The notes under the pieces were generated by a model. It ran no database searches and was not told where the DNA came from. It saw only the letters and a list, made by a program, of their open reading frames with translations. Shown here one piece after another: positions 24,861 to 37,460 of a stretch of 64,000 nt of DNA. The position numbers and the translations under genes are program-made. This stretch comes from Phoronis australis. Its lineage: Eukaryota > Animalia > Phoronida. How positions within the stretch are numbered: position 1 is the stretch's first letter; each line of letters begins with the position of its first letter. Where the stretch lies: assembly GCA_002633005.1 (NCBI GenBank), contig NMRA01000005.1, positions 1,975,048 to 2,039,047 on the forward strand, in the 5' to 3' direction.

Positions 24861-27800
24861 GACCTCCTGAAATGTTCGTTTAGTGAGATAAGTAAACTAA
24901 CGAAGACTACATTGCGGAAGGCTGGTCTTTGATCAGACTAATTCATCAGTTGATATTAGCGCACGTTAGAAAAATTTCATTTCAATAGCAATGTGGTAGC
25001 AAACAATCCAATTTGTCAAGCTGCTTGCTTTAGTGTAATTTAAGACAAATGAACAAAGAACTTTTGTCTTACCAAATTCCAATAGGTCAATTCAAAACTT
25101 GTGAGTTACCTACGAGTATAGCTAGGAGCTACGCGCACTGTCTACCTCGTCACACTTTGGCACAGTAACTGTCGTCTTCAAACTGGTCGGATGAATTTAT
25201 ATTTGTTTGGAATCAATAGACCTACAAATGCCTTGCCAACGTTTTGTCAATCAACGATTTTTTTGTTATTCGACTTAGTCAACCTTTGTTTCATGAAAAC
25301 TCACGAACAATAGCTTTTAATTGAGTTGGCTTCCAGGAATCAACAGTAAAGAGAAAGCGAAACATTCTTGTCTACTACTGTTTTTGGCAACAGCCAGTTT
25401 TTGTGCTACGCTACTGGGCCAACTTCAAAAATGCTATCAGCCAGTTGTTTCGTTTCTCTGCAGATTGTTTCACTTAGCCTTCAAATGAGTGCTTCTTCCA
25501 GGGGCATGAAGTTGTATTTAAAAATTTTAAGAAAAATTGCCGTCAAAATAAATATTCGTTCTTTAATGTAACTTCTAAATAGAAAAGGCATCTTTATTCC
25601 GTCAACGTTTTTTACCCATTGAGTAGACATTGGATTAGTCTTGAGTGTTGAGTGCAAAGGAAACGACATTGTTTTTGAGGCTGTCCTGAATAGTGTACTT
25701 TGGTGGTATGATTATCCACAACTATGACTACAATCACAGGGCTGGAATCTGAAGTTCGGTAGAAAACTCAGGTGTTGAAATAGTTCAGACTTGCAAGAAA
25801 AAAAATCAAAATTAAAGATCTAGTCGCCCCCAACGTGTGACCCATTATTTCGAATTTTTAGTAGCTTGGCAGACTGTTTGTGGTTTATTCAAAGTCTTTG
25901 GGCTAAAGCTGATAACATGTATACTTATATTTTTCTTCGTTTTCAAGTTATTCGGTCGAATTTGTACTACAAAAATACCTAAGTTTACGTAGGACTATAT
26001 GCCCAATTACGGAACATCATACCTCAGAAATTGACTGTAGGATTCTCATGAAACGTAAAGGTACTGGTAAACTGGTAAAGAATTGTTTTTAAAATGTTCC
26101 ACTTTTGCACGAGGGTTTATCAAAAATAGTTCTGATGTGATTTTTAAGAACAAATAACATTGCGTAAAACGGAAACGAAACGATAATCAAGAAAACTGTA
26201 ACAAGGTTTTTTGACATTTTATCTTGAACAATTTTTTGCTATGATGTACCTTGCTTTTTGCTTTTTTTACTAAATTTTACTAAAAAAATTGGTTGCATGA
26301 CCTAATTAGTGGCAGACAGGTATAAAGTAAAGTCAAAAATCAAATTATACAGAATTTTTACTTTCAGAAAATGTATACCTCTAATGAGTTCACACTCGAA
26401 CTGTCATCCTCAACGATGAGTTCATTAAGTTCAAACTAGATTTAGCTTTCCACATAAGATACCATGTACTCGAGCATAGAATTGTGGACACTTATCTTGA
26501 GCTTTCACAAAAGTAGAATGGAAAATGCCAAAAATAATTTCGAGTTCGATCTTGAGTAAAATGATTGGACCTTGGAGATTGACCTCCTGGAATGTACTCC
26601 AAAAATACGTTTTGTTATTCGTTTAATGAGATTAGGAAACTAAAGAAGACTGTACATTGCCGAAGGCTGGTCTTTGATCGGACTAATTCATCAGTTGTTA
26701 TTTAGCGCACGTTAGAATAATTTCATTACAATAGCAATGTGGTAGAAAACAGTCCAATTTTTCAGGCTGCTTGCTTTAGTGCGATTTAAGACAAATAAAC
26801 AAAGAACCCTTGTCTTACCAAATTCCAATAGGTCAACTCAACACTTGTGAGCTATCTACGGTTATAGCTTCACGTCTACCTCGTCTCACTTTGGCACAGT
26901 AACTGTCGTCTTCGATCTGGTCGGATCAACATATATTTGTTTGGAATCAATAGACCTACAAAGCCTTGACAACGCTTTGTCAATCAACGGTTTTTTGTTA
27001 TTTGACTTAGCCAACCTTTGTTTCATGAATACTCACAAACAATAGCTTTTAACTGAGTTGGCTTCCAAGAATCAACAGTAAAGAGAAAGCGAAACTTTCT
27101 TGTCTACAACTGTTTTTGGCAACAGCCAGTTTTTTGCTACCCTACTGGGCCAACTTCAAAAATGCTATCAACCAGTTGTTTCGTGTCTCGGCAGATTGTT
27201 TCACTTAACATTCGAACGAGCGCTTGTTCCAGGAGCATGACGTTGTATTTAAACAGTTTAAGGAAAATTGTTGTCAAGATAGCTATACGTTCTTTAATGT
27301 AACTTCTAAATAGAAAAGGCATCTTTATTCCCTCGTTTTTGTTAGCCATTGAGTAGATATTGGATGCAGCCTTGAGTGTTGAGTGTAAAGGCTACGACAT
27401 TATTTTTGAGGGTGTCCTGAGTAGTACACTATGGTGGTATAACTTTTTTCACAACTGTGACTATAATCACATGGCTGGAATTTGAAGTTCGGTAGAAAAC
27501 ACAAATGCTGAAACAGTTCAGAGTTGCAAGAAAAAAGTTAAGGATCTAGTCGCCCCCAACGTTTGACCCATTATTCCGAATTTTTAGTACCTTGGCAGAC
27601 TGTTTGTAGTTTATTCCAATTTTTTATGGGCTAAAGGTGGTAACATGTATACTTATATTTTTCTTCTTTTTCAAGTTCCATCGAATTCGTACTACAAAAA
27701 ATTCCTAAGTTTACGTACGACCACAGAAAATATTCTAATTATGCCCAATTTTGGATCATCATACCTCAGAAATGTGGTGTAGGATTCCCATGAAACGAAC

Positions 27801-28124
27801 TGGTACAGGTAAGCTGGAAAGAAATTGTTTTTAAAATGTTCCACTTTTGCACGAGGGTTTATCGAAAAATAATACTGGTGTGAATTTTTTAAAAAATGGC
27901 AATGCGTAAAACGGAAACCAAACGATAATTTAGAAAACGGTAACAAGGTTTTTGAGATTTTATCTTGAACAATTTTTTGCTTTGATGTACCTTGATTTTT
28001 GACTAAATTATACTAAAAAGCGTTGTCGGTTGACCTCATTAGTGGCAGATTGCTATAAAGTAATGTCGAAAATCAAATTCTACGGAATTTTTACTTTCAG
28101 AAAATGTATACTTCTAATGAGTTA
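24674..28124. repeat. Head-to-tail tandem duplication, ~1.72-kb unit (24674-26393; 26394-28124), diverged, non-coding
   Basis: Both units start actcgaact(t/g)tcatcctcaacgatga and end aatgtatac(c/t)tctaatgagtt; many substitutions and indels. Confidence 0.92.
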
Positions 28125-29827
28125 ATATCTATAGTTTTCTAGACACTTGGCTAAAACGCAAACCTGTCAATAAGATCCAACAACAAAAACTTAAGGAGAC
28201 TTTGAAGCCTTGGACCGAGCATACTTCCACTTTCAATCTTTATGCGCCGTGTGGAGACGAGGAAAACTGTATTCAAGCTGATTGAAACTAGTCTCCTTAC
28301 TACAGTTCTAATTATTGATTTACCTTTTACTAGCCAAACATTGAAAGCTAATAAGCCAACTCTTTTACTGAGTGCGCAGACTAATAAAGTGTCAAAGGTG
28401 CTACATGTATGCCGCATTAAATGTTATCTTGACAACGGTAATTTATCGACAAATTGTTTCTTTTCCTGATTATACTTCTACTTACAGTTCTTCAGGAATT
28501 CCCAAAGTGGCACTTGCTACAACTTTAAAAGTTCACTGACATAGCATCTTCAAGGATTAAATTTTATCGATAATTGTTTAAGTATTAACTGTAAACCCAA
28601 TTAAAAATATGACTATAGAGTACTACGGTATTGTGTGCATACAATTAATGACTAGATGTCTGTAACTATAAGACTGTGTTATTACTAAAAAGTCTGTATT
28701 CTTCACGAGGACTGGCACGAGTTTTCGCATGAAACTTTCGAATTATGTTTCTTTACTCTATTGGGAATTTAAGGCCTTCTTGCCGACGTCAATACTCCTG
28801 AAACTAACGGAAATCACCATTTTTAACAGTCTAGTTGTCAGGTTGAAAATATGCAAAAATAACTTTCGTCTGTGGAAAATACGGCGATCACCCTGAAAAA
28901 TCCCGATTTTTTTACAATAAAAGCACCATCATGTGATTATGAAAACATGGACATTGCTTTTGCGTACCTAATAAGATTAAGATTCTGTGATAATCAAGGA
29001 TTTTGAAAATATGTTTGCATAGGTGTATTATTAAGTCAACCTTGGTAACGAAGGTAGCATAGTACCTGAGCACCAATGCCGCGAGTAAAGCTAGTGGTGA
29101 CAAGTGTTCCCTTGTAATGCATGGCGACCGTGGAGACGTGCGTGCTCTTGCGTTTTTCGAGTGTATTTTCTACAGAATGGGCGCTTAACATCCACAAGCA
29201 TTTACGATTGTATTGGCTGGCCTCGGTCATAGCGGCTTTATGCATTTTTGTTCTCGTCTTTGATGTGCGAAAATTTATTCCTAGAAGTTGTAGAACATCT
29301 AAGACTTATTCAAGCAGTTTTCAAGTCCAAAATAGAGGTTCTCTTTAGTCAAATGTTTTTATGTTTGGTGATTCTTAACTAGTCAAAACTCAGCGAAGTT
29401 GAGACGCTTCTTAACAACACTACACTGAGTGTAAAATGCTCTTTTGGTCTCCCATACACGAGTTAAATATCACTTATCAATAAAAGAAAAAGGTTCAAAA
29501 GTTCGGCAGCGTGGTGGTGGCGCAGTTTTGAAGTCTAGGCTACCATAAGTCACAGCCCCATTCATATGGTAATGCAGCCCTGTGAAATGACCATATCAAA
29601 ACTTGTGCCGGATTTTTGTGGAACGCATGCATTTAGTATGTTCTAATGAGCGTATCAATCGCTAGCCTCAAAGGCATTTTTCAGCCGATGGAACAGTTCC
29701 TATTAATACGGATACATTTTATTGTTATTCTCCAACCAATCGAAACGTCTAAATATTTCTTTGTTTTGTTTTGTTATCCAATGAGAGCTCATGTTACACT
29801 TTGATTAATCCATAGTGGCGCTAGCCT

Positions 29828-30395
29828 CGTTCCAGCTTCTTGCGCGCAGTCGTCTTCGTGCAAGGCGAAAATACAGTCGACTTCTTGACTGTATTGACTT
29901 CCTTATTTGTAAAGTCAGTGCTGCGTATTTCCTGTGAACTAACACCTGCGCAGTATACACTGACAGTGAGGTTACACATGTTTTAACACTAACCAGCGGA
30001 CATCAACTTGGAATTAAAACTAAAAGAGAATTATTATAACGAGGCAACCAATCTAAACCCTTTTTGGAAGGCAGGACAACCTCCGTAGTCCCGTTAGTCC
30101 CGTTCCAGCCTTCAGGGAGTTGCCGGCTTCATGCAAGTCGAAAATACGGCCAAGTTTCAGACTGTATTGATATCCGTAGTTGGAAAGTCACACGAGCTGA
30201 CTACTTAGATAGGTGTCGCTCAGCGCCGCGCATTTACTGAGAACTAATGAACACCAGCAGAATACGGACAATGAAATTTTGTCTTTACCCAGCGAACAAT
30301 GAGGTTTTGCCTTTACCCAGAGGACATCAACATGGAATTAAAAATAAAAATGAATTATTGTGGTGAGGGGGTCAATACATGTCCTTTTTGGAGTG
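29828..30395. repeat. Diverged ~270-bp tandem pair, followed by a 44-bp tandem pair at 30429-30515
   Basis: cgttccagc...gaaaatac...gactgtattga...aaagtca and ggacatcaac.tggaattaaaa occur twice. Confidence 0.75.
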
Positions 30396-30829
30396 CCCGC
30401 CAACGTTGATGAGTTGCTCTACTTCATATCTACGACCAACCATAGGCGACAATAGATCAGGGACGTGTCTTTTCTACGACCAACCATAGGCGAGAATAGA
30501 TCAGTGACGTGTCATTTCCTGTAACATTAAATGATGAGTTAGTTTTGAATTTGACTTCCAAATTGTTGCGTTATTCTCAGTGATAGCAATGGCTGCACTT
30601 CGGGAGAATGTTTTCCGTTAATATCCCAAGTCCTGACGCCTACGTACAAGACAGCGAAGCATCTTGATAACACCATAAAACCGTACCTTCAGAGTCGTTA
30701 CTCCATTAAACCTCAGGAAGATTTCATTGATATTTTGTGCACACAAGTGCCATCCTCTAGTTACCAACCTACTGCATGTCGCTTGACGCTGATATTTGTT
30801 CACCACTTAAACGTACCGGTTGATGAGAC

Positions 30830-32830
30830 CATTGCTATCATTTGGATAGTGTACACCATCACCCACATTTGAAGCCACCCGAGATTTCACCAACTCATAC
30901 GATAGAGTTGCTAACCATCTGCACAACCAAAGTACCATATAAACGGTAAATTGTTTCTACAAAAAGTTGGTGTGAGCATGGGCTCTCCTTATTTGTCTGA
31001 AATGGTAAAAAGGGCTAGCAATGTGATTGGTGGTATTCCTATCTGTGAACTATATGTAGATAATATTTTTGTTTATTGTAGGCTACTTTTGATGACTTGT
31101 TGTCAGTGCGTGGTGAACTTAGCGTCACTCTGTATTGAAGTTTACCCACGAGCTTCCTGTAAATGGCAAGATTCCGTTTTTGGAAATGCTTGTTAAGCAT
31201 TCCCCATTTAAATTTTCTAGATCAGTTTATCACAAGCCTAGTGATAAAGGTTTCTGTCTTCACGCCAAAAGCGAGTGACCTGAGCGGCGTAAGGTCGCCG
31301 TTGTGGTCAACTTCCTAAAGAGGGCGTATTTGGTGTCTTCCAACTGGCTGATGCTTACTCAAGCTGTAGATCGTATAAAGACTAACCCTGTTGAATAATG
31401 GGTACACCAATGCTTTTGTAGACCCCTATATTAAGCGATTCATATCCAGAATTAATTGTGAAGTTCCTGCACGTCGGACCGGTGTGACCAAAAAGGTATT
31501 TTACAAAAACGTCATGTCCAAGAATTACATGTACCTCCAGGGCGAAAACGCCATTAAGAAAATCATGAGGGATAATGTTAAAGTCAGTAAGCCCGATAAT
31601 TACCTCGATGTTATTATTTTTTGTAGGAATAGGAAGTCATTCAACTTGGTCATGAAAAATAACATTTCTAAAGCGAAAGTCCACCCCGTTGCCCAGTGTA
31701 GTGTTGTTTATGAGTTTGTAAGCCCTATGAACGAATGTCTTCGTTCAAATGTCAAACAATGTTACATTGATCAAACGTTTTGCAGTCTTTCCCGTCGGTT
31801 ATCTATGCATCTTCAAAATGGCGCCATCCAATATCATCTTCTGCCAATGTCACGGATTTTAGAGAATCATCACCCTCGGAGCTAACGCCCCTCGGGCGAT
31901 AATTCTCCAAAATACACTCGGGCTCTAGATAACGAGGGATAACGACTTCGCCATGTAATAATCTATATTTTTTGTAGGCTACTTTCGATGACTTGTTATC
32001 AGTGCGTGGTGAACTTAGCGTCACTCTGTATTGAAGTTTACCCAAGAGCTTCCTGTAAATGACAAGATTCCGTTTTTGGAAATGCTTGTTCAGCATTCCC
32101 TATTTAAATTTTCTGGATCAGTTTATCACAAGCCTAGTGATAAAGGTTTCTGTCTTCACGCCAAAAGCGAGTGACCTGAGCGGCATAAGGTCGCCGTTGT
32201 GGTCAACTTCCTAAAGAGGGCGTATTTGGTGTCTTCCAACTGGCTGATGCTTACTCAAGCGGTAGATCGTATAATGGGTACACCAATGTTTTTGTAGACC
32301 TCCATATTAAGCGATTCATATCCAGAATTAATTGTGAAGTTCCTGCACGTCGGACCGGTGTGACCAAAAAAGTATTTTACAAAAACGTCATGACCAAGAA
32401 TTACCTCCAGGGCGAAAACGCCATTAAGAAAATCATAAGCGATAATATTAAAGTTTGTAAGCCCGACGATTTCTTCGATGCTATTATTTGTTATCGGAAT
32501 AGGAAGTCCTCCAACTTGGTCATGAAAAATAACATTTCTAAAGCGAAAGTCCACCCCGTTGCCCAGTGTAGTGTTGTTTATGAGTTTGTAAGCCCTATGA
32601 ACGAATGTCTTCGTTCAAATGTCAAACAATGTTACATTGGTCAAACGTTTTGCAGTTTTCCCCGTCGGTTATCTGTGCATCTTCAAAATGGTGCCATCCA
32701 ATATCATTTTCTGCCAATGTCACGATTGTAAAATCACCCGTCAAGAAATTGTGGAAATCACGTCAATTCGGTACGCAGAGCACGATGTGTGTTTTGAGTC
32801 CTTTTTGATTGCATTTGAAAAACCTGAAAA
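30830..32830 (+). mobile_element. Degenerate Penelope-like retroelement (RT + GIY-YIG) with an internal ~0.8-kb tandem duplication (~31070-31856 and ~31966-32725)
   Basis: RT motifs FLQKVGVSMGSP and YVDNIF, SVYHKP, FLKRAY; GIY-YIG VVYEF...CYIGQT...RRL..H; stops and frameshifts. Confidence 0.88.
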
Positions 32831-32983
32831 GGGTTGCGCCGCACGTTACACTTGTTTGAGTGACTTTCCTGTTACCCACCCCCCTCATTAGTCAATCTTT
32901 GCAGTATTTCACACCTGCCGTTTCCCACTGTGTGTATGTCTCCAGCTTATGCTCTGTGGTGGTATTACTGGGTCCTTTTATTT

Positions 32984-33023
32984 CCACTTGAGAATGAAAC
33001 AAGTATGTTTCGAAATACCGTGT
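32984..33023 (+). ncRNA. Degenerate minimal hammerhead-ribozyme-like motif at the Penelope 3' end
   Basis: CAC-TTGAGAAT-[GAAACA agta TGTTTC]-GAAA-TA-CC-GTG: stem I CAC/GTG, stem II hairpin, GAAA core; cleavage dinucleotide reads CC rather than UC. Confidence 0.4.
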
Positions 33024-33111
33024 GTCTTTTAATCATGTCTCTTGGTCAGTTGCTCCAACAATGTTCTGTTGAGTGTAGAGTTTTATTTCCAGGATACGAA
33101 CGGAACGGAAA

Positions 33112-33828
33112 TTTTTCCATGCCCATCTTGCAGAGTCTTATTTAGTTCTTTCTATTTACGTCATAATAAACGACATTTTTCGCAATCCTCATCGTTTTAC
33201 TCTGCAACATAGCTCGCGGCGTACTCCGGGCAAAATAGATTACGATAAATGAAATTTAACTTGTGAAATGCATTTATCGTCATTATTTTGACATTTGTCA
33301 CTTTATGTTGATATTAACCTTTAGGGTTTATTTTTTATAACTCATCTCTATTTATAGCCTCAAGGATCTACTTTTGTATTCATACATTTCTTTACGCGAC
33401 ACCTGATTGGTCACCCATATTTCCTTTGTTCAGTTCAACGGGGTCTAGCTCATTCAGCCACCTACCTCGTCGTCTGCAGGACCTACGTTCGTTCTCTGCA
33501 TTTTTCCCACCCCCTATCCCGGGTATCTGTTCAACTTTTTTCTTTTTCTCATATTACATTACCTGTTAGGTATTTTCAAGTTTTGTGTTTATATTCTGTA
33601 CTTTTTCTTTATTGAGGCCCTTTAGGCAGTTCTTTTGTTTTGGTTCCCTCCTTCGCGGCTGTTCATTGTACACGCCGGTGGCGTTTTTTTTTCATGCCCA
33701 TCTTGCAAGGTCTTATTTAGTTCTTTCTATATTTACATCATAATAAATGATATTATTCGCAATCCTCCTCTTGTTTTACTTTGCAACATAGCTTCCGGCG
33801 TACCCCGGGCAAAATATATTATGATAAA
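33112..33828. repeat. ~135-bp direct repeats (33112-33249 and 33689-33828) flanking ~440 bp
   Basis: catgcccatcttgca..gtcttatttagttctttctat...gcaacatagct...cgggcaaaata occurs twice. Confidence 0.85.
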
Positions 33829-34869
33829 GACTGTTAATAACGACAAGTGTCGTGTATTTAATCAATTTCGCATATCAGTTATACCAATGCAAATGTGAAA
33901 TAAAACGCAATGTAGTAGCACACAGTAATATCACTGTTATGAGAGCATTAGAACACTATGGCCTGGGTTCAAGCCTCTGTACTCGAAGCTCGATTCGAAA
34001 ACTCACAACTTTATATGCTCCAATCATGCAGCATGATTAATGAAGTGTTGCCATATTTACTAATAATGCAAAAAACACGGACCCAACATAGATATCACTT
34101 GTCATTTCTATAATTCACCGTTGTTCATGGGTAACTTGAACATAGGCAGACGCGTAGCATGTTTGTAATGGCGCAAGGATACACTTGCAATTCTGCTCTG
34201 ACAAGATAAATTGAGTACATAGCTATCTGGGGCTATTTCTTATTATCAAGCACCAACATTGCGAAGTTCCAATTAGCATTTGGATTTCTTTGCGTGTCAT
34301 TCTGAATACGTGTTGCTATGTGTAGAAGACAAAGTCCTAGCGTTTGTTTTAGTTTCATGCGAATGTTTAATTGCATCCGTGCATCATTTCCAAAGCAAAC
34401 GCTCAGGATTACATTGCATGTACCAAGACATGAAAATGTAGTGTACGAAGTCGCATGACCACGTGCCATATACGATCTCGTTTTCCTTGACCCTTTGCAT
34501 CGCGTATATTACTAACAATTGCCTGCACAAAGTGGAAGTGGTCAGGCACGTCGTGCTATCAAGTGGTTAGAGGAGGGCACACATTGATCTGGACAGAAAT
34601 ACAGGAATTGGATGAGCTAACCATTGACTACATTGTAAGTTTGGCACACTTTGGAAAACACATAACCTTTCATCAGCTCAACTTTCCGGAAAAACACCAT
34701 TTTGCAACCTCTTACATGACAGAAATCGCAACATACCATAAAGAAAAATAGAAAAAAGGATCAACATGAAGCCTAACTAATAAGAAGAAATATGGAACAA
34801 AGTAACATGTTCGATCGATTATTTAAATGTTATGGAATCTGATGACAGGTCAACGAAAAGTTATTGTCA

Positions 34870-37034
34870 CTAAAAACCCAATAAAAGTAATTGATTATCG
34901 TCCTCGAAAGGTATGTCACGCTCACCATTAGCATATCGTAACCATCCATAAATAACGTTATGGATTTCAGAACCTTCGCCGTAATTTCTCTTAAAGTTCT
35001 CCAAAGCATGCGTAAGATATTCCGATGCATGTTGGTACCTCGTTTGAAGTATAAGGCACTTTCCAATTGCCCCGTATACCTTTCCAACATATGCATGTTT
35101 GTCACCTAAATGGAGTATTGCTGTATCTAAGCAATTCATGAATTTTTCCTCACTTTCTTTGTAATCCCCCAAGCTCATTAGTGTCTTTGCAAGAGCAAAC
35201 TCACAGACAGCGACAAGAATGTGACTTCGGTCACCTTGTTTCAAATGCTTTCTTCTGATGTTCAAACAATCCTCAAAGTATTTCATGGCCCTCGCATAAG
35301 ACCCTGTATAGTAAAATAAGTTCCCAAATTTTGGATAGATGTAGGAGAGTAATTCTTCATTATCTGGAAGATATTTCTGGTGTAATTGTAAAGCCTCGTT
35401 CAATAACTTTTCTGCACCCAAATAATTTTTTACAAAAAGATAATTCTTTGCCTTTGCAGCAATGATATAAATTTTTTGTTCTAGTGAGGACTCGTTTAGT
35501 AACTGTAGGGCTTCATCAAAACATCTCATAGCTTCCGTATGACGAGCAGGAACTCGCAGAAGACACTTTCCCAGCATTTGTAAGGCAGTTGGTATAGAAA
35601 TATTTCTCTCGCTCGTATTCTGTTTTTTTAAAACAATAACCAGAGCACTAAAGGACGACACGCCCTCTGGAAAGTCTCTTCTGTAGTACGCAGAATAGCC
35701 AGCTACCTTTAGCAATTCTGATTTGCATTTGGTTAGCTCATGCAAGGCTTCTACATAACTGTGCTCTTCGTTTTCTGAGTGTGATGTTTGAGCAACTAAA
35801 GCTTTTTCGATGTGGTTGATCAAGGTATGTATATGTGGAGCTAGCGTCGCCAGCTTTTCCAAGCGTTCTGCAGTGATATCTTTCCATCCATGTCGCATAT
35901 AGCCCTCCGGAAGAACTTTAACAATAGCATCAGTCAAGGGGCGCAACAACTTCTCAGCAAAATGTCCGGGAAGAGAATCTGCCAGGTCTTGCTCTTTGTA
36001 TTCTCTTATGACATGCTGAACCAGCTTGTGCATGCGGTAGTGCTCAGGTTTTGTAGAAATTGCAATGAGGGCATAGTCTCGAAGCTTAGATACAGCATCA
36101 AAGAGTTTGGATGTATCTTGTTCAGGAAAGAGATAAGACTGTTTAAATAACCAAAGTGGAATGTCCTCTGAATCTAAAACGGAAAAGCATTTAAGCAACG
36201 TTGGGGCGTCCTCATCATGTCCATAAGTTGGTTCATGAAGCAGATCTCCACCTACAACCTTCTCAATTGACGTGAGCAAAGTGGCAAAAACGGAATCTGT
36301 GCAGTGATTATCGAAATTTATGTTCTGTTTCATCAACTTAGTCTTAACAGCTTCGAAATCTTGGACGTAGCTGTTGATGTCACATCTACATTTTTTAATA
36401 TATGCCACCGCCTGAGAAAGTGCTAAAGGCAGATTCCCGAGAACATCACACAAGTTGGTGATGTCATCTTCGTTATTAGCGTTGTCATGTCCAGCAGCGT
36501 GGAGACGATCCGACACGTAACTGTAGGCATCCTCGTTCGAAAACTCCTCAAGTTCAAATAGTTTTTGTCCTCGCACTGCAGATAGCGCAGTGACAATAAC
36601 GTGCTGCTTAATTTTCAGTTGGTCTTGAGGAGGTAAATACTTAGTTATGTCAGAATCAACGTAATCAAACACCAACAAATAAGAGTCAAGAGTTTTCAGA
36701 AAGTCGTAGACTCTTTCTACGACGTTCATGTCAGAAAAGTTTTCAACATTGATGTCTAGGTCTTTGGCCAGGCGTTTCATATAGTTTTCCACGTTGTCGT
36801 TACCACAACGGATCCAACAAATCAGTTGGTACTGATTATGATAGCGATGTGCGTACTGTAGAGCTAGCTGAGATTTGCCCACACCTGCTAAACCCCAAAT
36901 AGTCAGAATTTGCTGATTGTGAGCAAAAAGTCCACCTGTTTGGTCTGCCTGAAGTAGATGACAGAGTTGTTCCATTTCCTTTTGCCTTCCCGTGAAATTT
37001 CTATTCCGCGGTGGTAAGCTGGAGGCGTTATGAA
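34870..37034 (-). CDS. NB-ARC (STAND NTPase) + TPR protein 2, main terminal exon
   Basis: Frame extends 5' of the ORF-track ATG through SSLPPRNRNFTGRQKEM; Walker A GLAGVGKS; YLLVFDYVD; LGNLPLALSQA; YRMHKLVQ; TPRs; acceptor tttacttgcag|TT phase 1 at the position homologous to paralog 1. Confidence 0.93.
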
Positions 37035-37450
37035 CTGCAAGTAAACATTTATATTTCAGTTATGCAGCTTAACGGTATGATGGCACACATTCAAATCTAA
37101 AAGATACTTCTGGAATAGTGAGCTTTGGTTGAGGTGGTAGAGAGGGAAAGAATAGACAACAAAAAAGCAAAGGTTTGCAATGAATTGCAGGTCTTTTCAA
37201 CTGACACATCAATGCTACTCATTTTTGAACAACGTTCTGACGCCCTACAAATGAACTAGGAACAGCGAGAATGGTAATGTGGGAGGGGAAAGGGAGCTGC
37301 TTGAAAGGCAACTGGAAGGAAGAATGAGAGGAAGGAAACATCAATAAATATACTGTAAAAGAGAAGTGGAGCTGAATGAAGGAAATGGTCTGGTCGAGTG
37401 GGTTAATTGAGAAAGACAACGAATGGAGCACACGAGTAAATAAAAGTTAC

Positions 37451-37460
37451 CGTTATCCAT
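37451..37460 (-). CDS. Candidate start-codon exon end of NB-ARC-TPR 2 (M-D-N-V...)
   Basis: CAAC ATG GAT AAC G|GTAACT: good Kozak context, phase-1 donor in frame with 37034; MDN parallels MNN of paralog 1. Confidence 0.5.

Noticed and set aside
36973-36975. MEQL as start of NB-ARC-TPR 2
   Set aside because: The conserved LPPRNxxFTGR motif lies in frame upstream, back to a splice acceptor
17440-37034. Bacterial or fungal contaminant origin of the NB-ARC-TPR ORFs
   Set aside because: Embedded among animal-type TEs, with spliceosomal acceptors and base composition similar to the surroundings
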